Positions 48,377-58,567 are shown, counted from the first letter of the stretch. The stretch: 64,000 nucleotides of DNA from Catenulispora sp. GP43 (GCF_041260665.1 NZ_JBGCCT010000019.1:59492-123491); one strand, 5' to 3'. Made by a program: numbers and translations. Notes: generated by a model not told the origin, from the letters alone.

Positions 48377-49867
48377 ATGGACGACGGCCACGTCCAAGAT
48401 CACGGTCACAGCCAAGATCACGACCACGGCGAAAGCCACGACCACTCCCGCTGGGCCGCCCTGGTCCTGCTCTGCCTGGCGCAGTTCATGCTGATCGTCG
48501 ACATCACGGCGGTGAATCTGGCGCTGCCGTCGATGGCCCACGATCTGTCCCTCGGCCGCCAGGCACTGACCTGGGTGCCGGCCGCCTACACGCTGTGCTT
48601 CGGCGGGCTGCTGCTGCTCGGCGGCCGGCTCGCCGACGGCCTGGGACGACAACGCGCGTTCCTGCTCGGCCTGGCCGCGTTCACCGCCGCCTCGCTGGTG
48701 TCCGGGCTCGCGCACTCGTCCGGGGAGCTGATCGCCGGGCGCGCCGCGCAGGGGGTCGCCGCCGCGCTGCTGTCGCCGGCCGCGCTGTCGATCGTCACTA
48801 CGACGTTCCACGGTCCGCAGCGCACCAAGGCGCTCGGGGTCTGGGGCGCGGTCGGCGGGGCCGGGGCCGCGGTCGGGGTGCTGGTCGGCGGCGCGCTGAC
48901 CTCGGGGCCGGGCTGGCGCTGGGTGTTCTTCGTGAACCTGCCGATCGGCCTGGCGGTGCTGGTGCTGCTGCCCCGGCTGGTCGCGGCCTCGGCGCCGGCG
49001 CGGTCGCTGCGCGGTCTGGACGTGCCCGGCGCGCTGGCCGCGACCGCCACCGCCGCGCTGCTGGTCTACGGCCTGATCCAGGCCGGCGGCTCCGGCTGGG
49101 GCAGCGCGGGCACGCTGCTGCCGTCGGCCGGCGCGGCGCTGGCGGCTGTCGTGCTGGTTCTGGTGGAACGTTCGGCGGCGCATCCGTTGCTACGACGGGA
49201 ACTAGTACGAGACCGTGCGGTGGTCGCCGGGACCGCGGTGATGTTCGCGGCGACGATCCTGTTGATCACCGGGTTCTTCCTCATCTCGTGGTACCTCCAG
49301 CACCGCGCGGGCTACTCGGCGCTCAAAACCGGCGTGGTGTACCTGCCGGTGGCGGTGGCCACGGGCCTGGGCGCGCATCTGGCCTCGCACGGCGTCGGGC
49401 ACCTGGGCTTCCGCCGGACCGCCGTCTCCGGCTTCGCCGTGGCCGCCGCCGGGGCGCTGCTGCTGACCAGGCTCCCGGCGAGCGGCAACGCGGCGCTGGC
49501 GGTGCTGCCCGGGTTCATGCTGCTCAGCGTGGGCGTCGGCATGGCGCTGGTGACGGCCACCACCGCGGCCCTGCACCAGGCCGACCACAGCGCGGCGGGC
49601 CTGATCTCCGGCCTGGTCAACACCGGGCACGAACTCGGCTCGGCACTCGGCGTGGCGCTGGCCTCGGTGCTGGCTGCCGGGAGCCTCGGGGCGACGGCTA
49701 CGGCGACTGCTACGGCAACTGCTACGACGACGGCGACCGGGGTCGACGGGTTCCACACCGCGTTCGCGGCCGCCGCCGGCATCGCTGCGGTGGCGGCGCT
49801 CGCGGCGCTGCGGGCGCTGCCGGCGGGGCGTCCGGATCCGACGGCACGGCCGGTGTTCGGGCACTGA
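48377..49867 (+). CDS. MFS transporter, DHA2 family, with His/Asp-rich N-terminal extension
   Basis: GGAGGGG RBS. N-terminus MDDGHVQDHGHSQDHDHGESHDHS followed by 14 TMS. C-terminal (AT)n low complexity. Confidence 0.8.
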   Translation: MDDGHVQDHGHSQDHDHGESHDHSRWAALVLLCLAQFMLIVDITAVNLALPSMAHDLSLGRQALTWVPAAYTLCFGGLLLLGGRLADGLGRQRAFLLGLAAFTAASLVSGLAHSSGELIAGRAAQGVAAALLSPAALSIVTTTFHGPQRTKALGVWGAVGGAGAAVGVLVGGALTSGPGWRWVFFVNLPIGLAVLVLLPRLVAASAPARSLRGLDVPGALAATATAALLVYGLIQAGGSGWGSAGTLLPSAGAALAAVVLVLVERSAAHPLLRRELVRDRAVVAGTAVMFAATILLITGFFLISWYLQHRAGYSALKTGVVYLPVAVATGLGAHLASHGVGHLGFRRTAVSGFAVAAAGALLLTRLPASGNAALAVLPGFMLLSVGVGMALVTATTAALHQADHSAAGLISGLVNTGHELGSALGVALASVLAAGSLGATATATATATATTTATGVDGFHTAFAAAAGIAAVAALAALRALPAGRPDPTARPVFGH

Positions 49868-49933
49868 GGCCCGCGCGCGCCGGCGCCTAGGCAAAGCAGC
49901 ACCACCACCGCACTACCTACCACCCCATACGCT

Positions 49934-50536
49934 GTGACCATGGCCGACAAGACCGACAAGCCCAAGCGCGCCGACGCCGAGCGGACCATCACCGCCGTCC
50001 TCGACGCGGCCCTGCGGTGCTTCGCCGGCAGCCCCGACGCGACGGTGACCGAGATCGCCAAGGCGGCGGGCGTCGGCCGGGTCACGGTGTACGGGCATTT
50101 CGACTCCCTGGAGTCGATCGTCGATGCCCTGCTGGTCCGCTCGCTGGCCGAGGCCGACGCGACGTTCTCGGCGCTGGACCTGGAATCGGGCACCGCCGCC
50201 GAGGCCGTGGACCGGCTCCTGCACGCGCCCTGGCTCCTGGGCCGCTACCAGGGCCTGCTTGGCGCGGCCACCCGGCATCTGGGCCCGGAGAAGGTACGAC
50301 GGCTGCACGACCAGGTCTTCGCCCGCATCGAGGCGGTCGTCGTCCGCGGCCGCGAATCCGGCGAGTTCCGCACCGACCTGCCGCTGCCGTGGGTGATGGC
50401 CTCGGTGTACGCCCTGGCCCACGCCGCCGCCGGCGAGGCCGACGCCGGGCGGCTGGGGCGCGAGCAGGCCGCGGACCTGTTGAGCACGACGATGCTCGGG
50501 CTGCTGCGCGGGCCCGGTGGGACCGGCGCGAGCTAG
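49934..50536 (+). CDS. TetR/AcrR family transcriptional regulator
   Basis: HTH AERTITAVLDAALRCFAGSPDATVTEIAKAAGVGRVTVYGHFDS. Confidence 0.8.
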   Translation: MTMADKTDKPKRADAERTITAVLDAALRCFAGSPDATVTEIAKAAGVGRVTVYGHFDSLESIVDALLVRSLAEADATFSALDLESGTAAEAVDRLLHAPWLLGRYQGLLGAATRHLGPEKVRRLHDQVFARIEAVVVRGRESGEFRTDLPLPWVMASVYALAHAAAGEADAGRLGREQAADLLSTTMLGLLRGPGGTGAS

Positions 50537-50578
50537 ACTCACAGCACCTTTCGCAGGTCTCTGAAACGGAGCCGAACC

Positions 50579-51223
50579 ATGTCCAACCCGAACCTGCGCC
50601 ACATAGTGATCGTCCTGGACCGGTCCGGCTCCATGAACGCGGTCAAGGACGACACCGAAGGCGGCCTCGCGGCGTTCCTGGAAGCCCAGCAGGAGAACAC
50701 CGGCGACACGCGGGTGTCGCTGTACCAGTTCGACACCAAGTACGAGCCCGTGTACGAGAACCTGGCGCTCGCCGACGTCCCCGCCTACACGCTCGAACCC
50801 CGGGGACGCACCGCGCTGCTGGACGCCATCGGACGCACCATCACCACCGTCAAGGCACAGGTCAAGGTCCTGGACGCGGATGAGCGGCCGGGTGAGGTCG
50901 TGCTGGTCGTGCTCACCGACGGCGCGGAGAACGCCTCGCGGGAGTACACGCTGGAGGCCGTGAAGCAGCTGATCGAGAAGCGGCGGGCGAAGGGCTGGCA
51001 GGTGGTGTTCCTCGGCGCCGACCAGGACGCGATCACCGTGGCGGCGACCATGGGCATCGACCGCGGCTCCAGCCTGTCCTACAGCAGCCGCTCGACCCGC
51101 AGGTCGATGAGCTCGGCGGGGCGGATGGTCTCGCGCGGTTCGGCCTCGGGCCGGTACGAGTTCACCGACGAGGAACGTGAGGCGGCGGTGGCCGAGGAGC
51201 CGCAGGGCGGCACTGGGGCGTAG
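50579..51223 (+). CDS. von Willebrand factor type A (vWA) domain protein with MIDAS motif
   Basis: DxSxS MIDAS (DRSGSM) plus downstream T and D residues. 214 aa with S/R-rich tail. Confidence 0.75.
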   Translation: MSNPNLRHIVIVLDRSGSMNAVKDDTEGGLAAFLEAQQENTGDTRVSLYQFDTKYEPVYENLALADVPAYTLEPRGRTALLDAIGRTITTVKAQVKVLDADERPGEVVLVVLTDGAENASREYTLEAVKQLIEKRRAKGWQVVFLGADQDAITVAATMGIDRGSSLSYSSRSTRRSMSSAGRMVSRGSASGRYEFTDEEREAAVAEEPQGGTGA

Positions 51224-51302
51224 GCAGCCCCGCCGCACCACCGCCCGCCGCCCCGTACCACCCCGCGCCGTCCTGTCACAGAGAACCTGTACAAATGACG
51301 CC

Positions 51303-53453
51303 ATGAGCAACACCAGCGCATCCGTCCCGGCCCCCTCCTCCCCCGCCCTGCGTGAGGAGGCCGAGTCCCTGCTGCGCCGCCTCGCCGGGGAGTCGGCGCG
51401 GCTGCGCGAGGACCAGTGGACGGCGATCCACGCGCTGGTGGAAGACCACCGGCGGGCGCTGGTCGTGCAGCGGACCGGGTGGGGCAAGTCCGCGGTGTAC
51501 TTCGTCGCCACCGCGCTGCTGCGGGCGCGCGGGGCCGGGCCGACGGTGATCGTCTCGCCGCTGCTGGCGCTGATGCGCAACCAGATCGAGGCCGCCGAGC
51601 GGGCCGGGATCCGGGCCCGGACCATCAACTCGGCGAACCTGCACGAGTGGGAGGACATCCAGGCCGAGGTCGCGGCCGGTGAGGTGGACGTGCTGCTGAT
51701 CTCCCCGGAGCGGCTGAACAACCCCGACTTCCGCGACGAAGTGCTGCCCAAGCTGGCCTCGGAGGTGGGGCTGCTGGTTGTGGACGAAGCTCACACGGTC
51801 AGCGATTGGGGCCACGACTTCCGCCCGGACTACCGCCGTATCCGGACGTTCCTGCCCGACCTGCCGCCCGGCGTCCCGGTGCTGGCCACGACCGCCACGG
51901 CGAACGCCCGCGTGGTCGCCGACGTCGCCGAACAGCTCGGTACGCACAGCGACGGCGACACCCTGGTGCTGCGCGGGACGCTGGATCGGGAAAGCCTGTC
52001 GCTGCACGTGGTGCGCCTGGGCAGTCCGGAGGAACGGTTCGCGTTCCTGGCCGAGCAGCTGCCGAACCTGCCCGGCTCGGGCATCATCTACACCCTCACC
52101 GTCGCGGCCACCGACGAGGTCGCGGCGTTCCTGCGCTCGCGCGGGTTCGAGGTGGCCTCCTACTCCGGCCGCACCGAGGACGCCGAGCGCCGCCAGGCCG
52201 AGGCGGACCTGCTCGGCAACCGCATCAAGGCCCTGGTCGCCACCTCGGCCCTCGGCATGGGCTTCGACAAGCCCGACCTGGGCTTCGTGGTCCACCTCGG
52301 CGCCCCGAACTCGCCGATCGCCTACTACCAGCAGGTCGGCCGTGCCGGCCGCGGCGTGGACCACGCCGACGTGCTGCTGCTGCCCGGCGCCGAGGACCGC
52401 GCGATCTGGCAGTACTTCGCCTCCCTGGCCTTCCCGCCCGAGCAGCAGGTCCGCGCGACCCTGGACGCCCTGGCCGCCGCCGGCCGCCCGCTGTCCACCG
52501 CCGCCCTGGAGCCGCGGGTGGACCTGCGGCGCTCGCGGCTGGAGACGATGCTGAAGGTTCTGGATGTCGACGGTGCGGTGCGCCGGGTGAAGGGCGGCTG
52601 GGTCTCGACCGGCGAGCCGTGGGAGTACGACGGCGAGCGCTACGCCCGTGTCGCCGCCGCCCGCGAGGCCGAGCAGCGCTCGATGATCGAGTACGAGACC
52701 ACCACCGAGTGCCGCATGACCTTCCTGCGCCGCCAGCTCGACGACCCGGCCGTCGAAGGGCCCTGCGGCCGCTGCGACAACTGCGCCGGGCCGAAGTTCG
52801 TGGCCGCGGTCTCCGGCGAAGGAGCCGAGGCGGCGCGCGCCGCGCTGGCCAAGCCCGGGGTGGAGATCGCGCCGCGCAAGCTGTGGCCGACCGGCATGTC
52901 GGCGCTCGGGGTGGCGTTGACCGGCAAGATCCCGCCGGCCGAGGCCGCCGAGGCCGGCCGTGCTCTGGGGCGTCTGACGGACCTGGGCTGGGGTGCGCGG
53001 CTGCGTGAGCTGCTCGCCGACGGCAGCGCCGACCGGCCGTTGCCGGAGCCGATGGTGGACGGGATCGTGAAGGTGTTGGCGGCCTGGGGTTGGAAGCAGC
53101 GTCCGACGGCGGTGGTGTCGATCGGTTCGCACAGCCGTCCGGGTCTGATCGCCGACACCGCGCGCCGCATCGCGGCCATCGGCCGTCTGGAGTATCTCGG
53201 TGCGGTGGACGTGGTCGCGCCCGGGGCGGCCGGGCAGGTGCGCCGTGGCAACAGCGCGCAGCGGCTGATGCAGGTCCACGACGCGTTCGTGCTCGGTCCG
53301 GCGCTGGCCGAGGCGGTGGCGGCGCATCAGGGGCCGATCTTGTTGGTGGACGATCGGGTCGACACCGGCTGGACGATGACTGTGGCGGCGCGGATGCTGC
53401 GGCGGGCCGGGGCCGATGAGGTGCTGCCGTTCGCGTTGGCGTTGGAGGCGTAG
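51303..53453 (+). CDS. RecQ-family ATP-dependent DNA helicase with tetracysteine Zn-module and C-terminal phosphoribosyltransferase-like domain (RqlH-like)
   Basis: Walker A TGWGKS. DEAH box (VVDEAH). Helicase C motifs (ATSALGMGFDKPD; QQVGRAGR). CxxxxxxxxCxxCxxC cluster. C-terminal PRPP-binding-like loop ILLVDDRVDTGWTMT. Confidence 0.85.
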   Translation: MSNTSASVPAPSSPALREEAESLLRRLAGESARLREDQWTAIHALVEDHRRALVVQRTGWGKSAVYFVATALLRARGAGPTVIVSPLLALMRNQIEAAERAGIRARTINSANLHEWEDIQAEVAAGEVDVLLISPERLNNPDFRDEVLPKLASEVGLLVVDEAHTVSDWGHDFRPDYRRIRTFLPDLPPGVPVLATTATANARVVADVAEQLGTHSDGDTLVLRGTLDRESLSLHVVRLGSPEERFAFLAEQLPNLPGSGIIYTLTVAATDEVAAFLRSRGFEVASYSGRTEDAERRQAEADLLGNRIKALVATSALGMGFDKPDLGFVVHLGAPNSPIAYYQQVGRAGRGVDHADVLLLPGAEDRAIWQYFASLAFPPEQQVRATLDALAAAGRPLSTAALEPRVDLRRSRLETMLKVLDVDGAVRRVKGGWVSTGEPWEYDGERYARVAAAREAEQRSMIEYETTTECRMTFLRRQLDDPAVEGPCGRCDNCAGPKFVAAVSGEGAEAARAALAKPGVEIAPRKLWPTGMSALGVALTGKIPPAEAAEAGRALGRLTDLGWGARLRELLADGSADRPLPEPMVDGIVKVLAAWGWKQRPTAVVSIGSHSRPGLIADTARRIAAIGRLEYLGAVDVVAPGAAGQVRRGNSAQRLMQVHDAFVLGPALAEAVAAHQGPILLVDDRVDTGWTMTVAARMLRRAGADEVLPFALALEA

Positions 53454-53476
53454 CCAGCGACGATTCAATTCCCCTG

Positions 53477-53509
53477 AGCCACCCCGCGCCGGATGCGGGG
53501 TGGCTTTGC
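53477..53509 (+). terminator. stem-loop terminator after the helicase gene
   Basis: AGCCACCCCGC / GCGGGGTGGCT 11-bp stem with 7-nt loop, followed by TTTGCT. Confidence 0.45.
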
Positions 53510-53662
53510 TGTGGTGGCGGAAACCCTTGCGGTGCAAAGGATTCACGACACCGTAAAGCAGAACGTTGACGAGTATCCGAGCTCTGACTAGTCTCCGACC
53601 GACCGAAGCGAATGAATCGTTTCAACACCGGCTGAGACGCCTTCCCAGAGCCCGGAGTCCCT

Positions 53663-56600
53663 ATGCGCATACGTTCTGGCACTTCCTTGCGCCTTCTGAT
53701 GAGCCTCGCGCTGACGACCTTGTCGTTGAGCGCGCTGGCCGAACCCGATGTGGCGTCCGCCGCCACCGCCGGTCCCGCCGTGTGGATCCTCGACGCCGCC
53801 GACCGGCCCTTCACCTCCACCACCGAGCCGAGTACCGCGCCGACCTCAATCCAGTTGTACACGGCCGGCGACGACACCGAGGCCGCGCAGATCCTCGTCC
53901 GGTCGGCCTCGGCGCAGACCGGGGTGTCGGTCACGGCCGGGGCGCTGACCGGGCCGGGTGGCGCGACCATACCGGCCGCCGACATCAGCGCCCGGTATGA
54001 GTACGACCACCCGTCCATCTCCAAGGTCGGCAACATCCAGAACCCGCCCGATGGTGGCACCGCTTACTACGACGCGTTGATCGACGACAGCCCGCAGTCG
54101 GTGGCGGCGAACACGACCTTCGCCAGCTACTACGAGGTGGCCGTGCCCTCGGGGCAGGCACCGGGTGTTTACACCGGTACTACGACGGTGAACAGCAGCC
54201 TGGGCGCGGTGGCGGTGCCGGTGTCGGTGACCGTGTATCCGGTGACGATCCCGCCGACCAGCCAGTCCACGTTCAAGATGAACAACTGGTTCACCTCGGC
54301 GGGCTGGGACTACACCGGTACGGTCACGTCCATCCCCGGCGAGTACGGGGTGCAGATGTTCGACCCGAACTGGTGGACCGTCGAGACCAACATCGCCGCC
54401 GACATGGCCAGGCACCGCAACAACGTGATCTACGCCGACGCCGAGGCGCTGGCGATCCCGGACACCACCGTCGACGCCTCCGGGAACTTCACGTTCGGCT
54501 GGAGCACCTTCGACCGGTTCGTGAACCTGTTCGTGAACTCCGGCGCGATGCAGTACATCTACACCCCGACGCTGCTGGAGCCCAGCCCCACCAACGGCGG
54601 GACCGACCCGCAGGTGGACACGCTGGTCGCGGCCAACGGCGTGAGCGGCGCGGTCAAGCACGTGCTGTGTCCGGTCAACGCCGGCCCGGCAGCAGGCTGC
54701 CCGAACACGACGACGTGGCTCAACCAGTTCTTCCCGGCGCTCAAGGCCCACCTGGACGCCATGGGCTGGACGAACCGCTTCTACATGAGCGGCCTGGACG
54801 AGCCGACGACCTCGCAGCAGGCCGCGGCGGCCAACTGGTTCTACGCCGTCTACGACAAGTACTTCCCGAACCCGCTCACCAACGAGGCCCAGGACAACGC
54901 CTTCACCGGCGACGCCTCCTACCTGACGACCTCGACCCCGCAGAGCATCGTCTACGACCAGAACACGGCGCTGTACCAGAACTACCGGATCAGCGGGAAG
55001 GACCTGTGGCTCTACACGTGCATATCGCCGCAGGGCAAGTACATGAACAGGTTCACCAGCAACTACTTGGACGAGACCCGGTTGATCCCGTGGTTGGACT
55101 GGAAGATCGGCGGCGACGGCTACCTGCACTGGGGCTGGAACTACTGGATCGACACCTCCAAGCCGCAGTGGACGCCGGCCGACACGTTCAACGGCCCGCA
55201 GACCGGCGACCAGTGGCTGGTGTATCCGGACAAGTCGGCTTACACGATCTACGACAGCCTGCGCAGCGAGGCGCAGACCGCCGGGTTGCAGGACTACGAA
55301 CTGCTGCACCAGCTCGCGGCGGTGAAGCCGGATGCGGCGCGTACCCTGTCCGAGACCCTGGTCACCAACCCGACGTCGTACGACACGTCCGGGTGGGACG
55401 TCGAGGCCGTGCACAAGCAGCTGCTGGACGAACTCGCCGGCACCAGCGCCGACCTGGCACTGCCGTTCACCGACGACTTCAGCGGCGGCGACCACTTCTG
55501 GACCCACACCAAGGGCACCTGGTCCACGAACGGGGCCGAGTACACGCAGTCTGACTCCTCGGCGAACTGGGGCTACGTCTCCTACCTCCGCGGCCGCGGC
55601 TACCAGGACGTCTCGGCCAGCGTGGACCTGCAGATCACCGGGGTGAACGCCAGCGGCGGGAGCCAGAACTGGGCCGGGCTGATGGTGCGCTCGGCGAACG
55701 GCACGGACATGGACTCCGGGTATCTCATAGCCCAGCGCGACGACGGCGAGGTGTTCGTCTACCGCAGTGGCACCACGCTCGCGCACGCGACCGTCCCGGG
55801 CTACGTCTCCGGAGCGCGGACCCACCTGCGGGTGGTCGCTCAGGGCAGCACCCTGACGGTGTACTCCGGGACCGGCCAGGCGCCGGTGCTGACCGTCACC
55901 GACTCGGCGTTCAGCGCCGGCGACGTCGGGGTGGTCACCGGCGGGGCCAGCGCGAACTTCTGGAACGCGCGGGTGATGCCGACGTCCGTCGACCCGGTGG
56001 AGACCGCGGCGATCACGGCCTCGAGTTCGTACGAGGGCGAGGGCTGGGGCATCCGGTCGGCCGTCGACGGGCAGCGCTCCTCGGCGGCTGACGCCATGGG
56101 CTGGAGCAGCCTGGGGACGTACACCGTCAACCACACCGAGTGGGTGCAGCTGGATCTGGGGTCGGCCCGTTCGTTGGACCGCGTCGACCTCTACCCGCGT
56201 GACGACGGGGCCAACACCGGTTTGGGCTTCCCGATCGACTTCACGATCCAGGTCTCGGCCGACGGCACGAACTGGACCACCGTGAGCACCCGGACCGGCT
56301 ATCCGAAGCCCGGCGCCGGAGCCCAGACGTTCCCCTTCGCCGCGACCACGGCCCGGTATGTGAAGGTCACCGGCACGAACCTGGGCACCGACCCGCTGGG
56401 CCACTACCACATGCAGTTCGCCGAGATCGAGGCGCACGGCGGCGACCTGGCGCTGGGCCGCCCGGCCAGCGCGTCGAGCTCGGCGAACCTGCCGAACGAG
56501 GGCTGGCTCACCGCGAACCTGACCGACGGTGCGCACCACACCGACCTGTGGAGCTCCTCGGGCTGGAGCAGCGCCGGATCGAGCTCGCCGGACACCACGC

Positions 56601-56902
56601 AGTGGGCCCAGGTGGACCTCGGCGGGCCGTCGCTGATCAGCCAGGTCACGCTCTACCCGCGCGATGATGCCCCGAACACCGGCCTGGGCTTCCCGACCGC
56701 GTTCACGATCCAGATCTCCCCTGATGGCACGAACTGGACCACGGTGACGACGCAGAGTTCGTACCCGCGGCCGACAGCCGGCGGGCAGGCCTTCGGCTTC
56801 GGTGCGAGCACGGCCCGGTATGTACGGGTCACGGGCACTCAGCTCACTGCCGATCCGTTTGGTACGTACTACATGCAGCTGGCCGGGATCTCGGTCACGT
56901 AG
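53663..56902 (+). CDS. large secreted carbohydrate-binding/glycoside-hydrolase-like protein (N-terminal DUF4091-like domain, LamG/ConA-like domain, two F5/8 type C discoidin domains)
   Basis: Signal peptide. 1079 aa. Two near-identical ~150-aa C-terminal repeats with discoidin signatures (WVQLDLG...VDLYPRDD...TARYVKVTG). Central ConA-like segment. Confidence 0.75.
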   Translation: MRIRSGTSLRLLMSLALTTLSLSALAEPDVASAATAGPAVWILDAADRPFTSTTEPSTAPTSIQLYTAGDDTEAAQILVRSASAQTGVSVTAGALTGPGGATIPAADISARYEYDHPSISKVGNIQNPPDGGTAYYDALIDDSPQSVAANTTFASYYEVAVPSGQAPGVYTGTTTVNSSLGAVAVPVSVTVYPVTIPPTSQSTFKMNNWFTSAGWDYTGTVTSIPGEYGVQMFDPNWWTVETNIAADMARHRNNVIYADAEALAIPDTTVDASGNFTFGWSTFDRFVNLFVNSGAMQYIYTPTLLEPSPTNGGTDPQVDTLVAANGVSGAVKHVLCPVNAGPAAGCPNTTTWLNQFFPALKAHLDAMGWTNRFYMSGLDEPTTSQQAAAANWFYAVYDKYFPNPLTNEAQDNAFTGDASYLTTSTPQSIVYDQNTALYQNYRISGKDLWLYTCISPQGKYMNRFTSNYLDETRLIPWLDWKIGGDGYLHWGWNYWIDTSKPQWTPADTFNGPQTGDQWLVYPDKSAYTIYDSLRSEAQTAGLQDYELLHQLAAVKPDAARTLSETLVTNPTSYDTSGWDVEAVHKQLLDELAGTSADLALPFTDDFSGGDHFWTHTKGTWSTNGAEYTQSDSSANWGYVSYLRGRGYQDVSASVDLQITGVNASGGSQNWAGLMVRSANGTDMDSGYLIAQRDDGEVFVYRSGTTLAHATVPGYVSGARTHLRVVAQGSTLTVYSGTGQAPVLTVTDSAFSAGDVGVVTGGASANFWNARVMPTSVDPVETAAITASSSYEGEGWGIRSAVDGQRSSAADAMGWSSLGTYTVNHTEWVQLDLGSARSLDRVDLYPRDDGANTGLGFPIDFTIQVSADGTNWTTVSTRTGYPKPGAGAQTFPFAATTARYVKVTGTNLGTDPLGHYHMQFAEIEAHGGDLALGRPASASSSANLPNEGWLTANLTDGAHHTDLWSSSGWSSAGSSSPDTTQWAQVDLGGPSLISQVTLYPRDDAPNTGLGFPTAFTIQISPDGTNWTTVTTQSSYPRPTAGGQAFGFGASTARYVRVTGTQLTADPFGTYYMQLAGISVT

Positions 56903-56916
56903 GGGGGCAGCACAGC

Positions 56917-57804
56917 ATGCAGCGCGTCTGTTTCCTGTTGAAGGTGAAGGCCGAACTGGCTGAGGAATACCGGGCACGCCACGAGACGGTGTGGCCGGAC
57001 ATGCTGGCGACGCTGAGCGCGTCCGGTTGGAGGAACTACTCGCTGTTCCTGCGGCCGGACGGGCTGCTGGTCGGCTACCTGGAGACCGAGGACTTCGGCG
57101 CCGCGCTCGCCGCGATGGCCGGCTCCGAGGTCAACGCCCGGTGGCAGGAGGAGATGGCGCGCTACTTCGAGGGGATCGACGGCGGTGCGCCGGATGGGGC
57201 GATGGTGCCGCTCGATGAGGTGTTCTATTTGGAAGGTCAGTGTGTGCAGGGCCCGCAGGACCGGGACGTCCTCGGGATGGCCTACCAGGAAGTCCTCGTT
57301 GAACAGCAGTACCGAGCCTTCGACGCCGGTGGCGTCCTGCCAGTGGTGCACCTGTCCCGGCACGATGACCCCGAAGTGCGGCGGGGTGATCGGCCAGGGC
57401 TGGGAGTCCACGACGTGCAGGCCGCGGCCGGCGGTCACCAGCACGATCTCGTAGAAGGTGTGCCGGTGCGGGAAGTCGGCCAGCGACAGGGGCCCGATGC
57501 GCTGGAAGGAGCCGGCCGCGAACGGCAGGAGGGCGACCTCGGGCACCTCCAGCTCGTGCAGGTCCAGACGGCCGCGGCCGGCGCCGGGTGCGCGCTCGGT
57601 GTGGGGGGACGGCGCCGAAACGTCCATATCGGCATCCTGCGATGTCCGCACGCCGCGCGTCCAGCCCGGGTCAGGACCCTGAGGTGGCCTGGTAGATCTT
57701 CGCGATCCGCTTCGAGAAGTAGATGCTGTAGGAGATGTCCGGGGAGTTGCCGCCCTGTTCGTACCCGCCGAGCACGCCGACCAGCCGGTTCCCCGAGGCG
57801 ATGA
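56917..57804 (+). CDS. rhaM: L-rhamnose mutarotase-like (first ~105 codons) reading without a stop into antisense sequence
   Basis: N-terminal 105 aa match the RhaM pattern (...MVPLDEVFYLE). No stop codon for 560 more nt. That remainder is antisense of the cupin ORF. Confidence 0.5.
   Translation: MQRVCFLLKVKAELAEEYRARHETVWPDMLATLSASGWRNYSLFLRPDGLLVGYLETEDFGAALAAMAGSEVNARWQEEMARYFEGIDGGAPDGAMVPLDEVFYLEGQCVQGPQDRDVLGMAYQEVLVEQQYRAFDAGGVLPVVHLSRHDDPEVRRGDRPGLGVHDVQAAAGGHQHDLVEGVPVREVGQRQGPDALEGAGRERQEGDLGHLQLVQVQTAAAGAGCALGVGGRRRNVHIGILRCPHAARPARVRTLRWPGRSSRSASRSRCCRRCPGSCRPVRTRRARRPAGSPRR
57250..57627 (-). pseudogene. AraC-family regulator N-terminal cupin domain without HTH domain (likely truncated)
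   Basis: Cupin ligand-binding signature FPHRHTFYEIVLVTAGRGLHVV...HFGVIVPGQVHHW. The rest of the 260-aa ORF is antisense of rhaM and has no AraC HTH. Confidence 0.4.
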
Positions 57805-58567
57805 ACGGGCTGCCGCTGGCCCCTTCGGGCAGGCCCGAGCAGTCCAGCTCCAGCTGGGTGTCGGTGTACTTCTTCGTCGGCGCGGTGCAGCCGACGGGCC
57901 GGGACGCCAGCAGCGGATACGACGCGATGCTGATCGAGTTCGCGTACCCCGGCTCGGCGGAGAACGTGTCGGCGCCGGTGAGGCTCTCCAGGGTCTGCGT
58001 TCCGCCGCCGACCTTGCGCACCTTCAGGAAGGCTATGTCGGCGTCCGGGTCCTCTTGGGCCACCCAGTTCGAGTCCAGGTAGGCGGTGGTGGCGACCCAC
58101 TCCCCGTAGGGCGCGGTGTTGTCGTGGTACCCCGGTACGAACACGATGTGGTTGTTCCAGCCGGTGTAGAGCTTGTCGTACACGCAGTGCCCGGCAGTGA
58201 CGATCAGGTCCCCGGATCCGCTGTGTACGACACTGCCGGTGCAGTAGTGCGCCGACACCACGCCCCCGACGCTGAAGAACACCGCGCCGACCTTGGGGAT
58301 CCCGTCGAAGGCGACAGCGCTGACCTTGCCGTTGGCCGTGGTGCCGGCCGGGATCGATCCGGTCAGCGGCGGCCCCGAACGCAGCACGGTGTGCGGGTCT
58401 TCCGGGGTGGACTCCATGACGTGCGTGACGACCTTCGTGGCGGCCGCCTCGCTGCTGGCGGAGCTGGCAGCGGCATCAGCGGCGGAAGAGCCGCCGTGGC
58501 AGGCCGTCGCCAGCACCGACACGGCGAGGGCTGTGGACGCGAGCAGACCGTGGCGGCGGTTCTTCAT
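57671..58567 (-). CDS. secreted trypsin-like (S1) serine protease lipoprotein
   Basis: Lipobox LATAC. Catalytic triad contexts TAGHC, DIAFL, GASGSPF. Confidence 0.8.
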   Translation of the reverse strand: MKNRRHGLLASTALAVSVLATACHGGSSAADAAASSASSEAAATKVVTHVMESTPEDPHTVLRSGPPLTGSIPAGTTANGKVSAVAFDGIPKVGAVFFSVGGVVSAHYCTGSVVHSGSGDLIVTAGHCVYDKLYTGWNNHIVFVPGYHDNTAPYGEWVATTAYLDSNWVAQEDPDADIAFLKVRKVGGGTQTLESLTGADTFSAEPGYANSISIASYPLLASRPVGCTAPTKKYTDTQLELDCSGLPEGASGSPFIASGNRLVGVLGGYEQGGNSPDISYSIYFSKRIAKIYQATSGS

